From contig CALUHR010000013.1 in the NCBI GenBank assembly GCA_944320495.1, positions 320,001-384,000 on the forward strand: a stretch of DNA of 64,000 nucleotides. The letters run 5' to 3'. The position numbers and the translations under genes were made by a program. Shown here in pieces: positions 1 to 11,942 of this stretch. Within the stretch, counting starts at the first letter, position 1. Each line of letters opens with the position of its first letter. The DNA comes from Candidatus Methanomethylophilaceae archaeon (GTDB lineage: Archaea; Thermoplasmatota; Thermoplasmata; Methanomassiliicoccales; Methanomethylophilaceae). The notes under the pieces are model-generated. The model was not told where the DNA came from and made no database searches. It worked only from the letters and a program-made list of their open reading frames with translations.

Positions 1-390
1 GTCGACCACCCTGCGCACGATCCTCCCGCACAGCTCCGGATCGGACATCAGCGACGATCCCGCGCCGGTCCTCATGACCTTGCCAGCGGGGCACCCCATG
101 TTCACGTCCACGAACGCGAGGTCCGGCTCCAGTTCGAGCGCGACCGCCGCTCCCTCGGCGACGGTGTCCGGGTCGGAGCCGAACACCTGCACGCCGGTGA
201 CCTGCCCCGGTACTGCCCTCACGTAGCCGGTCGACTCCTCGGGATTGTGGACCAGCCCGGGGGCGGAGACCATCTCCGTCACCGCCACGCGGGCTCCGAA
301 CCCGAGCATGAACTCCCTGTAGCTCCTGGAGGTGTATCCGGACATGGGGCCGAGAACGATCCCCCTTCCCGCATCGAGCCAATCCGACAT
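1..390 (-). CDS. dus: tRNA-dihydrouridine synthase (Dus family), N-terminal part; runs off the window start
   Basis: Manual translation MSDWLDAGRGIVLGPMSGYTS...VTEMVSA...GVQVFGSDP...VDVNMGCPAGKVMRTGAGSSLM; the NMGCP motif is typical of Dus. Not in the ORF track because it is truncated. Confidence 0.9.
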   Translation of the reverse strand, partial: MSDWLDAGRGIVLGPMSGYTSRSYREFMLGFGARVAVTEMVSAPGLVHNPEESTGYVRAVPGQVTGVQVFGSDPDTVAEGAAVALELEPDLAFVDVNMGCPAGKVMRTGAGSSLMSDPELCGRIVRRVVD

Positions 391-469
391 CGGAAGGCCG
401 ATGCGGGGCCCGTCTAAATCGTTTCCCGCGGGCGACATCCATATATGGTCCGACACCTAACCTCGGCTC

Positions 470-1156
470 ATGGCCGATCTGCACGACCGCTGGGTCGCCG
501 AGAGGAGGAACGAGCACTACTACAAGCTCGCCAAGAAGCTGAACTACCGCTCCAGGGCATCCTTCAAGCTCATCCAGATCGACAACAGGTTCGGCATCTT
601 CCACGAGGGGGACCGCGTAGTGGACCTGGGGGCATGCCCTGGCGGATGGCTCCAGGTCGCGCAGGAGCGCACCTGGCCCAACGGCAAGGTCATCGGCGTG
701 GACCTGAGGTACATCAAGCCGATCGAGGGCGTCGAGACGATCCTGGGCGACATCACCGAGGACTCGACCATGATCGAGCTGATGGACAGGTTCGGGGGGA
801 AGGCGGACGTCGTCCTCTCTGACATGGCACCGAACATCGCCGGCCACTACTCCATGGATCACGCCCGCTCGATCAACCTCTGCATGTACGCGGTGGACGT
901 CTGCGACCGCATCCTGAAGAAGGAGGGGAAGCTGGTCATGAAGGTCTTCATGGGGGACATGTTCGACACCCTCATGACCGAGCTGAGGGGCCGCTTCCAG
1001 TCGGTGAAGGTCCATTCCCCCGATGCCTCCAGGGACACCTCGTCCGAGGTGTACGTCATCTGCCAGGGGTTCTACGCCAAGTCCGGGAAGACCCTGAAGA
1101 AGCCCGAGGTCGAGGAGAAGAAGCCGGAGTTCACCGCCAAGGGCGGCTTCATCTGA
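470..1156 (+). CDS. rlmE: 23S rRNA 2'-O-methyltransferase RlmE/FtsJ
   Basis: YRSRASFKL, VVDLGACPGGW, VLSDMAPN and KVF motifs of the FtsJ/RrmJ family. Confidence 0.95.
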   Translation: MADLHDRWVAERRNEHYYKLAKKLNYRSRASFKLIQIDNRFGIFHEGDRVVDLGACPGGWLQVAQERTWPNGKVIGVDLRYIKPIEGVETILGDITEDSTMIELMDRFGGKADVVLSDMAPNIAGHYSMDHARSINLCMYAVDVCDRILKKEGKLVMKVFMGDMFDTLMTELRGRFQSVKVHSPDASRDTSSEVYVICQGFYAKSGKTLKKPEVEEKKPEFTAKGGFI

Positions 1157-1303
1157 CCCTCGGGTCCCGCACGTCACGGCCGATGCCGGCATGGATGCCC
1201 ATATGGGGACGGGTCCCGCATCTAGCGGAGACCGAAAGGGGGTACCGGGCCGCTCGGAGACGGCCGAGCCCCGAAGAACAAGAAGGTTCTGGCAGGGGAG
1301 GAC

Positions 1304-1837
1304 TCACATCCAGCCCCTGTCGTATCTGGGGAAGCAGTCCAGGCAGTACGGCCTCCCCTTCTGCAGGCGGACCATGTCCTCGCGGACCGATTCGCCGCAC
1401 TTGCAGCAGACGACGTTGTCGAACAGCCTCGCCTTCTCCGGCACCTCGAACCCCGGCTCCTTGATCTCGAACAGCTCGCCGTAGGGCTTGGCGAGGATCT
1501 CCGCTATGACCTCCTCCTTGGGGCGGTCCCTGTCGAACGGCCTGAGCACGAGCCTGACGCCCTTCCCCGTCCTCCTGTCGAAGAACGAGAACGCGGTCTT
1601 GCCCCTGGGGCGTAAGATCAGGTTGCCCTTTCCCACGGTGCACGCCAGCATCCACTGGATGCAGTCGAGGCCGCACATGTCGGACTCGGCGACGCAGACG
1701 AGCTCCTCGTCCTCGGCCCTCTCCAGGTCGAACCCGAGCAGCTCCGCCGCGGTCTCGGCGGCTCTGAACCCTATCGCGAGCCCGCCGCAGGCGTGCCCGT
1801 GGAACTCCTGGCATTCCTTCCAAAGTCTGTCGTTCAT
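1304..1837 (-). CDS. fmdE: FmdE-family protein with C-terminal Zn finger
   Basis: FHGHACGGLAIG and CGLDCIQ motifs, plus C-terminal CCKCGE...YCLDC; last gene of the ABC transporter operon. Confidence 0.88.
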   Translation of the reverse strand: MNDRLWKECQEFHGHACGGLAIGFRAAETAAELLGFDLERAEDEELVCVAESDMCGLDCIQWMLACTVGKGNLILRPRGKTAFSFFDRRTGKGVRLVLRPFDRDRPKEEVIAEILAKPYGELFEIKEPGFEVPEKARLFDNVVCCKCGESVREDMVRLQKGRPYCLDCFPRYDRGWM

Positions 1838-1852
1838 TTTCTCACCAGATTG

Positions 1853-2668
1853 TCAGTGGATGTGGTCGTTTACGTCGTGGGGGTGGTGGTGGCTGGCGAG
1901 GTGCAAGTACTTCGCCGAGTGGCTGGGCACGACGAACGGCACGCCGCGATGGTCGATGATCTCCGCGTCCATGCCGTAGACCTCGTGGATGAGGTCCTCG
2001 GTGATGACCTCCAGCCCGCCGTAGGCCGCGACGCGCCCGTCCTTCATGAAGAGGAACCTGTCCGAGTAGTGGACGGCCAGGTTGATGTCGTGCATGGTCA
2101 TGACCGTGGTCATGCCGCGTTGCCTAACGGCATCGAGGATCATGTGCATGGTCCTGTGCTGGTTCGAGATGTCGAGGTTGTTCGTGGGCTCGTCCAGCAC
2201 GAGGACGGACGGCTCCTGGACGAGGGCGCGTGCGATCTGCGCCTTCTGGAACTCCCCTCCGCTGATCCTGTCGCAGCCCTTCAGCGCGATGTGCTCCATG
2301 CCGAGGGCCCCGATGACCTCCTCGACCTTCTCCAGGTCCTCCGAGGTGGCGGACCAGTCGATGTACGGCCTCCTCCCGATGAGGACGGCGTCGAAGACGC
2401 TGGTGCGGGGGACCGGGACGGACTGGGGGACGAAGCCTATGGTCTTGGCGAGCTCCCTGCCCTTAAGCTCGGATATCTCCTTGCCGTCCACCGTTATCGT
2501 TCCCGACGTCTGCCTGTGCAGCCCGCACATGCATCTCAGGAGGGTGGTCTTCCCGGTCCCGTTCGGACCGAGGATGGACAGGACGGAGTTGTCCTCGACG
2601 TCGAAGTCGATCCCCCTCAAGATCTCCTGGCTGCCGTACGAGAAGCTGAGGTCCCTGATCTCCATCAT
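1853..2668 (-). CDS. Iron-chelate/cobalamin-type ABC transporter ATP-binding subunit
   Basis: GPNGTGKT Walker A, ISGGEFQ signature and VLVLDEPT Walker B; the start overlaps the permease stop (ATGA). Confidence 0.93.
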   Translation of the reverse strand: MMEIRDLSFSYGSQEILRGIDFDVEDNSVLSILGPNGTGKTTLLRCMCGLHRQTSGTITVDGKEISELKGRELAKTIGFVPQSVPVPRTSVFDAVLIGRRPYIDWSATSEDLEKVEEVIGALGMEHIALKGCDRISGGEFQKAQIARALVQEPSVLVLDEPTNNLDISNQHRTMHMILDAVRQRGMTTVMTMHDINLAVHYSDRFLFMKDGRVAAYGGLEVITEDLIHEVYGMDAEIIDHRGVPFVVPSHSAKYLHLASHHHPHDVNDHIH

Positions 2669-3756
2669 GCCGGTGACCTCCTGATCCTCCCGTGGAGGAG
2701 GATGGCGATGAACAGCGGCCCTCCGATGGCGGAGGTTATGATCCCCACCGGTATGACTGTGTAGAACGCGTACTGCCCTACGAGGTACGAGACGAGCAGG
2801 ACCAGGGCGCCCATGATCATCGATCCGACAATCACGTACCTGTTGTCCTCGCCGATGAGGCGCTTGACGATGTGGGGCCCCATGAGGCCGATGAACCCGA
2901 TGACGCCGGTGAAGGACACGACGATGGCCGTGAGCACGGCGGACAGGACGAGGGTCAGGACGCGGGTCCTGCGGACGTTGACCCCCAGGCCCCTGGCGAC
3001 GTCCTCGCCCGCCTCCATGGCGTTCAGGTCCCAGCGCTTGTATATCAGGTAGGCGGCGACGAGCACGAGCGCGATGCCCATGAGCCAGAGCTGGTCCCAT
3101 GTGACCTTGCCGAGGCTCCCGAACTGCCAGTAGACTATGGACGACAGCGCGGTATCGCTGGCTATGTACTGGAAGAATGACAGCCCCGCGGAGAAGATGG
3201 CGCTGATTGCCATCCCGGCGAGGACTATCATCTCCGGGGTGCAGTCGGTGACCTTGACCATGAGGAGCATGATCCCGGTGGCGATCATCGCGAACACGAA
3301 CGCCAGCACGGTGGTGAGGGCGGTGCCCGAAACGCCGAGGCTGGAGGACGTCACGCCGGCGATCGTCCCCGCATCGATCATGATTATCCCTATGGACGCG
3401 CCGAACGCGGCGGCGTTGGACAGACCGAGGGTGAAGGGGGACGCCAGCTGGTTGCGGAGGATGCACTGCATCACCGCTCCCGCCAGTCCGAGGGCGGCCC
3501 CGGCGCAGACTGCCGCGAGGATGAGCCTCAGGCCGAGGTCCCATACGATGGCGCTGTCCCAGCTGCCGTCCGGGTGGAATATGTAGTGTATGATCTCCGA
3601 GAGGGACAGGTCGTTGCCGATCCCCAGGGAGAGCAGGGCGACGACCGCCAGGAGGACGGCGCATGCGGCGAGGAAGCCCACCTTCCTGCGGGAGTAGGCG
3701 ATGTACCCCTCCCTCGTCCCCCTGTCCTCGAGGCCGCGCCCCGCGTCGAGCATCAT
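2665..3756 (-). CDS. FecCD/BtuC-family ABC permease
   Basis: Hydrophobic protein with GAVMQCILRNQLASPFTLGLSNAAAFG and GVIGFIGLMGPH motifs. Confidence 0.93.
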   Translation of the reverse strand: MMLDAGRGLEDRGTREGYIAYSRRKVGFLAACAVLLAVVALLSLGIGNDLSLSEIIHYIFHPDGSWDSAIVWDLGLRLILAAVCAGAALGLAGAVMQCILRNQLASPFTLGLSNAAAFGASIGIIMIDAGTIAGVTSSSLGVSGTALTTVLAFVFAMIATGIMLLMVKVTDCTPEMIVLAGMAISAIFSAGLSFFQYIASDTALSSIVYWQFGSLGKVTWDQLWLMGIALVLVAAYLIYKRWDLNAMEAGEDVARGLGVNVRRTRVLTLVLSAVLTAIVVSFTGVIGFIGLMGPHIVKRLIGEDNRYVIVGSMIMGALVLLVSYLVGQYAFYTVIPVGIITSAIGGPLFIAILLHGRIRRSPA

Positions 3757-4982
3757 GCGGTGCCCTCTGCGACGAAGCGGTAGGTGCCGTTCGAATAGAC
3801 GACCTCGACGGAGTCGAAGGGCTGGAAGTCCTGTCCGAACTGGGCGATGCGGTCGTCGTACGCGGAGACCATGGCGTCCAGGACGCCCTCGCCCGCGTCT
3901 CCGTAGAAGACCGTGTACACGGACTCCATCCTCTCGTACAGGTCCTCCCACGCGATGCCGCCGTACACGCAGTACGCGATGTAGTACGAGCAGACGAGGA
4001 CGCTGTCGAAGTTGGTGCCGAACCCCATCACGGGGAATCCGCAGCGGACCTCGATGTCGTTGCCCGGGTCGGAGTCGTTGTTGACCGTGTGGATGTACGC
4101 CATCACGGCCTGGCTGGTGGGGTCCGAGTACTTCTCCGCGGTCGACGGGTCCAGGAACACGATGTCGATGTCCAAGCTCCCGATCTGGGCGGCGGGGATC
4201 TCGATCTTGCCGGTCTCGTTCCCCTTGTACGAGTTGTTGATGCCCGTGATCTCGAACGGCATGTAGTGTGCCAGCGTGGTGTTCAGCGTGTTGGTTCCGT
4301 TGTAGTTGGACCCGGCGAGGAACGCCTGCAGGTCGGATTCGCCGACGAGGCTGCGGATGTCCTTGACGATGGAGTCGATCCCGTCGACGAGCTCGTCGGC
4401 CCTGTCCTCCTGTCCGAGGAGCGTGCCGAGCGTGGTGATGGCCTCGGTCATCTCGTCCGAGATCCCGTCGAGGGACTCGTCCCAGATGTCCAGGTCCACA
4501 TTTATGACGTAGGTGGGGTAGTACTGGGCCAGGAGCTCCACGTTGGCGGAGTAGGAGGCGTACACCTTGTCGGAGACGATGATGAGGCTGGGGTCGGACT
4601 CCCCGATGGACTGCACGGTCGAGCTCTCCAGGACGTTGCTGGCGTGGTACTTCATGTTCGTGAAGTCGTACGCGAACGCGTATCCGCGGCCGTTCAGGGG
4701 GTTGTTCACCTCGTTCTGGTCGACCTCGATGATGAGATCGTAGGTGTCGAACATCGAGAGCATCCTGAGGGGGCTCTGCGACGAGCCGATGACAACGATG
4801 CCGTTGTCCAGCGAGTCGGGTATCTGCACGGTCCTTCCGGCGCTGTCTGTCACGGTCTCGGCCCCGGTACCTTCGTCGTCATCGGTCCCCGAACCGCCGT
4901 TCCATCCCGAGATGGCATACGCCGCCACCGCGACCACGATGATCGCGATAACGGCCACAGCCGCTGCCGTCTTCCAGTTCAT
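3753..4982 (-). CDS. Metal-chelate ABC transporter substrate-binding protein (FecB/BtuF-like)
   Basis: N-terminal membrane anchor and TVTDSAGRTV motif; first gene of the operon. Confidence 0.88.
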   Translation of the reverse strand: MNWKTAAAVAVIAIIVVAVAAYAISGWNGGSGTDDDEGTGAETVTDSAGRTVQIPDSLDNGIVVIGSSQSPLRMLSMFDTYDLIIEVDQNEVNNPLNGRGYAFAYDFTNMKYHASNVLESSTVQSIGESDPSLIIVSDKVYASYSANVELLAQYYPTYVINVDLDIWDESLDGISDEMTEAITTLGTLLGQEDRADELVDGIDSIVKDIRSLVGESDLQAFLAGSNYNGTNTLNTTLAHYMPFEITGINNSYKGNETGKIEIPAAQIGSLDIDIVFLDPSTAEKYSDPTSQAVMAYIHTVNNDSDPGNDIEVRCGFPVMGFGTNFDSVLVCSYYIAYCVYGGIAWEDLYERMESVYTVFYGDAGEGVLDAMVSAYDDRIAQFGQDFQPFDSVEVVYSNGTYRFVAEGTA

Positions 4983-5122
4983 GGGGGTGGAACAGCGGGT
5001 CGATATAAGAGTGTTACGAATTTTGAATTAGTATTACTTTGATGGCGCACCTCACGGATTCGTATGCGTTGGTATCCGTTCCGTCCGCAATCCGTTTCAT
5101 CCATGTCATGGGTTCGGAGGTT

Positions 5123-5752
5123 ATGTCCCCTTCGAAGATCGTCTGCATAGGCTGGAACTACCGCTCCCATGTGAGGGAGCTGGAATCGGAGCTTCCGAAG
5201 GAACCGACCGTGTTCCTGAAGCCGCCCAGCTGTCTCATAGGAGATGGGGAGGGGATCGTCATACCCGCGGGCGTCACGAACGTGCAGCACGAGGTGGAGC
5301 TGGCCCTGATCTTCGGGAGGAGATGCAAGAACGTCTCCGAAGAGGATGCACTCCTGTGCATCTCCGAGGTGGCGGTGTTCAACGATGTGTCGGCTAGGGA
5401 CATGCAGACCGCCGCCCGGAAGGCGGGTAACACATGGGACCTGAGCAAGGGCATGGACACCTTCGGCCCCATGTCGGACCCAGTGCCCGTGGGGTCCGTC
5501 GGTGACCTGCAGGACCTGGAACTGACCCTAACCGTCAACGGGGAGGTCAGGCAGCGCGGGAACACCTGCGACATGATATTCACGGTCCCGGAGCTCATCT
5601 CATACGTGACAAGTTTCATGACGATGGAGCCCGGCGATATCCTCATCACCGGGACCCCGGAGGGGGTGTCGGAGATCAGGCCCGGCGACGTCGTGCGCGC
5701 CGAGATCGAGGGTGTGGGCGTCGTCACCAACCCCGTGGTTTCGGGCGCCCGA
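5123..5752 (+). CDS. Fumarylacetoacetate hydrolase family protein; inferred to end at CGA 5750-5752
   Basis: KIVCIGWNY, FLKPPS, HEVELA and GDILITGTPEGV motifs; GGAGG upstream of ATG 5123. The domain ends at ...TNPVVSGA and is followed by CGA; the standard code fuses it to purS. Confidence 0.88.
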
Positions 5753-5782
5753 CCCTGTCGACGGCATGCCGTCCAGGCGCAC

Positions 5783-5791
5783 CCTTATTAT
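5783..5791 (+). promoter_or_regulatory. TATA-box candidate for purSLQ
   Basis: CCTTATTAT, an AT-rich island about 25 nt upstream of the purS ATG. Confidence 0.5.
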
Positions 5792-5815
5792 GCGCGCGCG
5801 TCATGGAAGGTCATC

Positions 5816-6055
5816 ATGACAGTCGTCGAGATCAGAATCGAGCTCAAAAAAGGGGTCGCCGACCCGGAAGGCAAGAACACCAGGAAGACGCTGGAGTCAC
5901 TGGGTTTCGAGGGCATAACCGACGTCAGGACCGTCAAGCTGTTCGAGGTCGAGTCGGAGCTCCCCGCGGACGAGGCCAAGGCCCAGGCCGAGGAGATGTG
6001 CAGGAAGCTGCTCGCGAACCCCGTCATCCAGAACTTCAGGGTATCGGTGAGATGA
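5816..6055 (+). CDS. purS: Phosphoribosylformylglycinamidine synthase subunit PurS
   Basis: LKKGVADPEG and MCRKLLANPVIQNF motifs; directly upstream of purL. Confidence 0.95.
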   Translation: MTVVEIRIELKKGVADPEGKNTRKTLESLGFEGITDVRTVKLFEVESELPADEAKAQAEEMCRKLLANPVIQNFRVSVR

Positions 6056-6056
6056 G

Positions 6057-8380
<2,324 letters not shown>

Positions 8381-8384
<4 letters not shown>

Positions 8385-9199
8385 GGCCCGAGGATGTCAG
8401 GGTGTGCGTCATGCGCATCGAGGGAACCAACTGCGAGGACGAGATGGCCAGGGCGTTCAACGCCGTCGGCGCGGACGCCGAGAAGGTCCATCTCAAGCAG
8501 CTCATCGGCCAGGCGCCCTCCGGGCTCCGCAGGAGCCTCGAGGACTACGACGTGCTGGCCTTCCCCGGCGGATTCTCCGCGGGGGACTACGTCCGTGCGG
8601 GTGCCCTGTTCGCCGCGAGGATCAAGGCCTCCCTCGGACCGCAGATCAAGGCCTTCGTCGAGGCCGAGAAGCCCGTGATCGGGATCTGCAACGGATTCCA
8701 GATCCTCGTCGAGCTGGGGCTGCTCCCCGCCTTCGAGGGCACGATGACAGACTGCCCCACCGCCGCGCTGTACACCAACGACTCGGGAAGGTTCGAGTGC
8801 AGGCCGACGGTCCTGAGGAACGACAACAACGGCAAGTGCCTCTTCACCTCCGAGATCCCGAAGAGGAAGACGCTCACGATTCCGTCCGCTCACGCGGAGG
8901 GGAAGCTCATGAGCAGCGACCCCGACTTCGTCCAGAGGCTGGAGGACAACGACCAGGTCGTCTTCAGGTACGTCCGCCCCGACGGGTCCGACGCCGACTA
9001 TCCGTGGAACCCCAACGGGTCCCCTTCGGACATCGCCGGCATCTGCAACCCGGCAGGCAACGTCCTGGGCATGATGCCCCATCCGGAGCGTGTGATCGAC
9101 AGGTTCACGCACGCCGATTGGACCAGGGGCTACGTGACCGAGGAAGGTGACGGGAAGTGCATCTTCCAGTCGGTCATGAAGCATCTCGAGAGGATGTGA
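8381..9199 (+). CDS. purQ: Phosphoribosylformylglycinamidine synthase subunit PurQ
   Basis: GTNCE, PGGFSAGDY, GICNGFQ and GMMPHPER motifs. Confidence 0.97.
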
Positions 9200-9301
9200 G
9201 AACGGGCGGGGCACCACCCCGCCCACAACGCCCCATGCGGATCCCGGAGCGGGTCCGCGGGGTCTTCTATGATGTTCGGACTTCAGAACGGTCCTTCGCG
9301 A

Positions 9302-9958
9302 TCGGACGTTGACCTTCACGTCCACCCTGTCGCCGTCCTCGAGGCTGAGGGTCCTGCGGAGGTGGTACTGGCAGATGATCTCGATGATGTCCGCGTAGTG
9401 GGACCTCTCGGGGACCACGATGGCGCAGTCGATGTTGCGTATCCTCGCCTTGTAGGCGACGACGTTGCCGAAGCTGCGGCCGTTGTCCGTGAATCCGTTA
9501 ATCGGCACCCCGGCCACGCTCTTGATGACGTCGAGCTTCCCGACGTCGTCCGGGTCCACATGGATGTTCAGGGTGCCCTCGAAGGGCTCGAACCCGAGTT
9601 TGGACTTGAACTGATCCAGATAGCCGGGCTGGCAGATGTAGTAGCCGCCCTCGCCCATCCCCGACTGCACCGCGCCGTGGATGGTGATGTGGTCCGTGAG
9701 CTCGAAGATCCTGCGGTACTCGTTGTACTCCTTGCGCAGGTCGTCTATCCCCTTCTGGGTCAGCTTGATGCGCTGCCTGCGGGCGCCCAGGTCCCTGACG
9801 ATGTACTTCTCCTCCAGGAGCTCCAGAATCCTCTTGGAGGCAGATTGCTGGCTCATCTCGAGCGCTTCGCCGAGCTCCCTCGAGGAGATGGCGATGTAAT
9901 CGTCCATGGCTCCAAGCAGGGCGAGCTTCCTGAGTGCGAAGGAGTACTTCTCGTCCAT
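9302..9958 (-). CDS. ribK: CTP-dependent riboflavin kinase with N-terminal winged HTH; inferred to end at CGA 9302-9304
   Basis: HTH (SQQSASKRILEL), VQSGMGEGGYY, PFEGTLN, VVPERSHY and LRRTLSLEDGDRV motifs; in-frame CGA follows ...DVKVNV. Confidence 0.92.
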
Positions 9959-10027
9959 GAGCGGACGGATGCCATGATACGATAAAAACAATGGGGGAGG
10001 GGCTCGTCGCCCCTCGTTGGAACGGTT

Positions 10028-10399
10028 TCAGATGACCCTGTTGGAGTCGACCCACTTGGAGACGTGGGGGCAGGCGGCGATGGCCACGAGGACGACCGCG
10101 ATGACCAGCAGGATGATGCTGATCCAGAGCTCGGTCGCTCCGTAGATGGCCGCGATGATGGTCACGGCTCCGGCGAGACCGGAGAGGACCACGACGGTGT
10201 TGCCGCAGACGGGGCTGTACTTGGTGAAGGTTCCCGCTGCCGCGAAGAACATGACGGCGACGAGCATGTTGATCCCGACGAGGTACATGCTGTCGATGTC
10301 GGCTTTCCAAGAGGCCGCCATGGCGGCGAGGGCGATGACGCCTCCGACGAATCCCAGGGCGGTCCCGATCTTCATGTTGTTGGGTACGGTGTTTGCCAT
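10028..10399 (-). CDS. Small four-helix membrane protein, unknown function
   Basis: Four hydrophobic segments; codon style like neighbouring genes. Confidence 0.75.
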   Translation of the reverse strand: MANTVPNNMKIGTALGFVGGVIALAAMAASWKADIDSMYLVGINMLVAVMFFAAAGTFTKYSPVCGNTVVVLSGLAGAVTIIAAIYGATELWISIILLVIAVVLVAIAACPHVSKWVDSNRVI

Positions 10400-10411
10400 T
10401 TTCGAGCCTCC

Positions 10412-11014
10412 TCAGGCGGTCTCCGGGTTGGAACCGGCGGCCTTGACGTCCACCGCCATCTTGGCGCCCTCGGAGAACAGCCAGAGGACGAAGCAGGCGA
10501 TGGAGGCGATCTCGATGTATCCGACGGGCTTGCCGACGGCGACTCCGATGATCACGACGATGAGCACGGATGCGATTACGGCGTTGATCCTCTTGCCCTC
10601 GGCCCAGTCGCCGAAGACGGACAGGATGACCGCGAGCGCCATGAAGATGAAGAACAGCCAGGTGACGGTCTCATTGACGTTGCCGTTACCCAGGTCGGCG
10701 GTGTAGTAGCCGATGAGGATGAGGAAGATGCCGGTGAGGACGGCCATGATGCCGCTGGCACGGCTGCACCCGTCCTCGACGTAGGCCTTTCCGATGCCGA
10801 AGACGAAGACGAGGATTCCTGCGATGATGGACCCGTACATGAACAGGTCGGCTGTGAACTTCACGCCGGACACGCCAAGATCGGCCAGGGTCGACTCTCC
10901 GAGGACCCAGGAGGGGTCGTTCTCGGCAGCGACGAGGATCACCAGGGCGAGAAGGAGCCCGGTGAAGATGCCGATCACCGCGTAGGGCGCGGGACTGCGT
11001 TTGGTCGCATTCAT
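10412..11014 (-). CDS. Membrane protein, DUF998-like
   Basis: Multiple TM segments and a W...TLADLG motif resembling DUF998. Confidence 0.7.
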   Translation of the reverse strand: MNATKRSPAPYAVIGIFTGLLLALVILVAAENDPSWVLGESTLADLGVSGVKFTADLFMYGSIIAGILVFVFGIGKAYVEDGCSRASGIMAVLTGIFLILIGYYTADLGNGNVNETVTWLFFIFMALAVILSVFGDWAEGKRINAVIASVLIVVIIGVAVGKPVGYIEIASIACFVLWLFSEGAKMAVDVKAAGSNPETA

Positions 11015-11089
11015 GCGGTCGGGAAGGACGTGCGCGATTTAATATTGATTGCGCCCGTACAGGGGAGCCAGAGCATCAGGGGGAAGCGC

Positions 11090-11854
11090 ATGAAGTACAT
11101 TTTCTTCGTCGGGACCGCGGGCAGCGGGAAGAGCACGCTGGTGGGAGCCTACAAGCAGTGGCTGGACGACCACGGGGTCGATACCATAGTCATCAACATG
11201 GACCCCGGGGCGGACGCGCTCCCCTACGAGCCCGACGTGGACATCCGCGAGTGGATCTCCCTGGACGATGTGATGCAGGAGTACGGTCTCGGCCCCAACG
11301 GCGCCCAGATCGTCGCGGCCGACCTCATGGCCGCCAGCATCTCGAAGATGACCGCCGTGGTCGACACCTACGGGTCGGACTACGCCCTCATCGACACCCC
11401 CGGCCAGCTGGAGCTGTTCGCCTTCAGGGAGTCCTCCCAGCTGTTCGTCAGGGCCTTCGGGAGGGACAGTTCCATGGTCGTCTATCTGTCGGACCCGTCC
11501 CTGTGCAGGACCCCCAACGGATTCATCTCCGCCATGGTCCTCGGTGCGCTGGTGGAGTTCAGGCTGCAGCTCCCGACGCTGAACCTGCTCTCCAAGTGCG
11601 ACACGCTGTCCGACGACGACGAGCAGAGGATGCTGGACTGGTTCCAGGTGTCCGATGCGCTGTACGGCGATCTTCTGGACTCCGACTCGGAGCCGGAGAC
11701 CGTCATCGGCATGGAGCTGTTCAAGGCGATCGAGAACACGGGCGTGTTCGGCGAGATCCGCGCAGTCTCCGCGCAGGAGGGCATAGGCCTGGAGGAGATA
11801 TACGCCGCGGCCCAGCTCAACTTCTTCGGCGGGGACGACCTGGGCGAGGAGTGA
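11090..11854 (+). CDS. GPN-loop GTPase
   Basis: GTAGSGKS, INMDPG, GLGPNGAQ and DTPGQLELF motifs. Confidence 0.95.
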   Translation: MKYIFFVGTAGSGKSTLVGAYKQWLDDHGVDTIVINMDPGADALPYEPDVDIREWISLDDVMQEYGLGPNGAQIVAADLMAASISKMTAVVDTYGSDYALIDTPGQLELFAFRESSQLFVRAFGRDSSMVVYLSDPSLCRTPNGFISAMVLGALVEFRLQLPTLNLLSKCDTLSDDDEQRMLDWFQVSDALYGDLLDSDSEPETVIGMELFKAIENTGVFGEIRAVSAQEGIGLEEIYAAAQLNFFGGDDLGEE

Positions 11855-11942
11855 TCCCACCCTCCGGTCCCGGTTCAGAGGTCCGATGCGACGTCGGTCG
11901 CGGAAAAACGATGCCGGGGTCTCCCCCGGCGTGAAAGTGATT

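Noticed and set aside
4983-5122. Cobalamin riboswitch upstream of the ABC operon
   Set aside because: The interval is short and no B12-box or other conserved elements are recognisable.
5039-6055. 338-aa FAH-PurS fusion protein in the ORF track
   Set aside because: The linker has CGA at the FAH end, promoter and RBS features, and non-protein-like composition; two separate genes explain it better.
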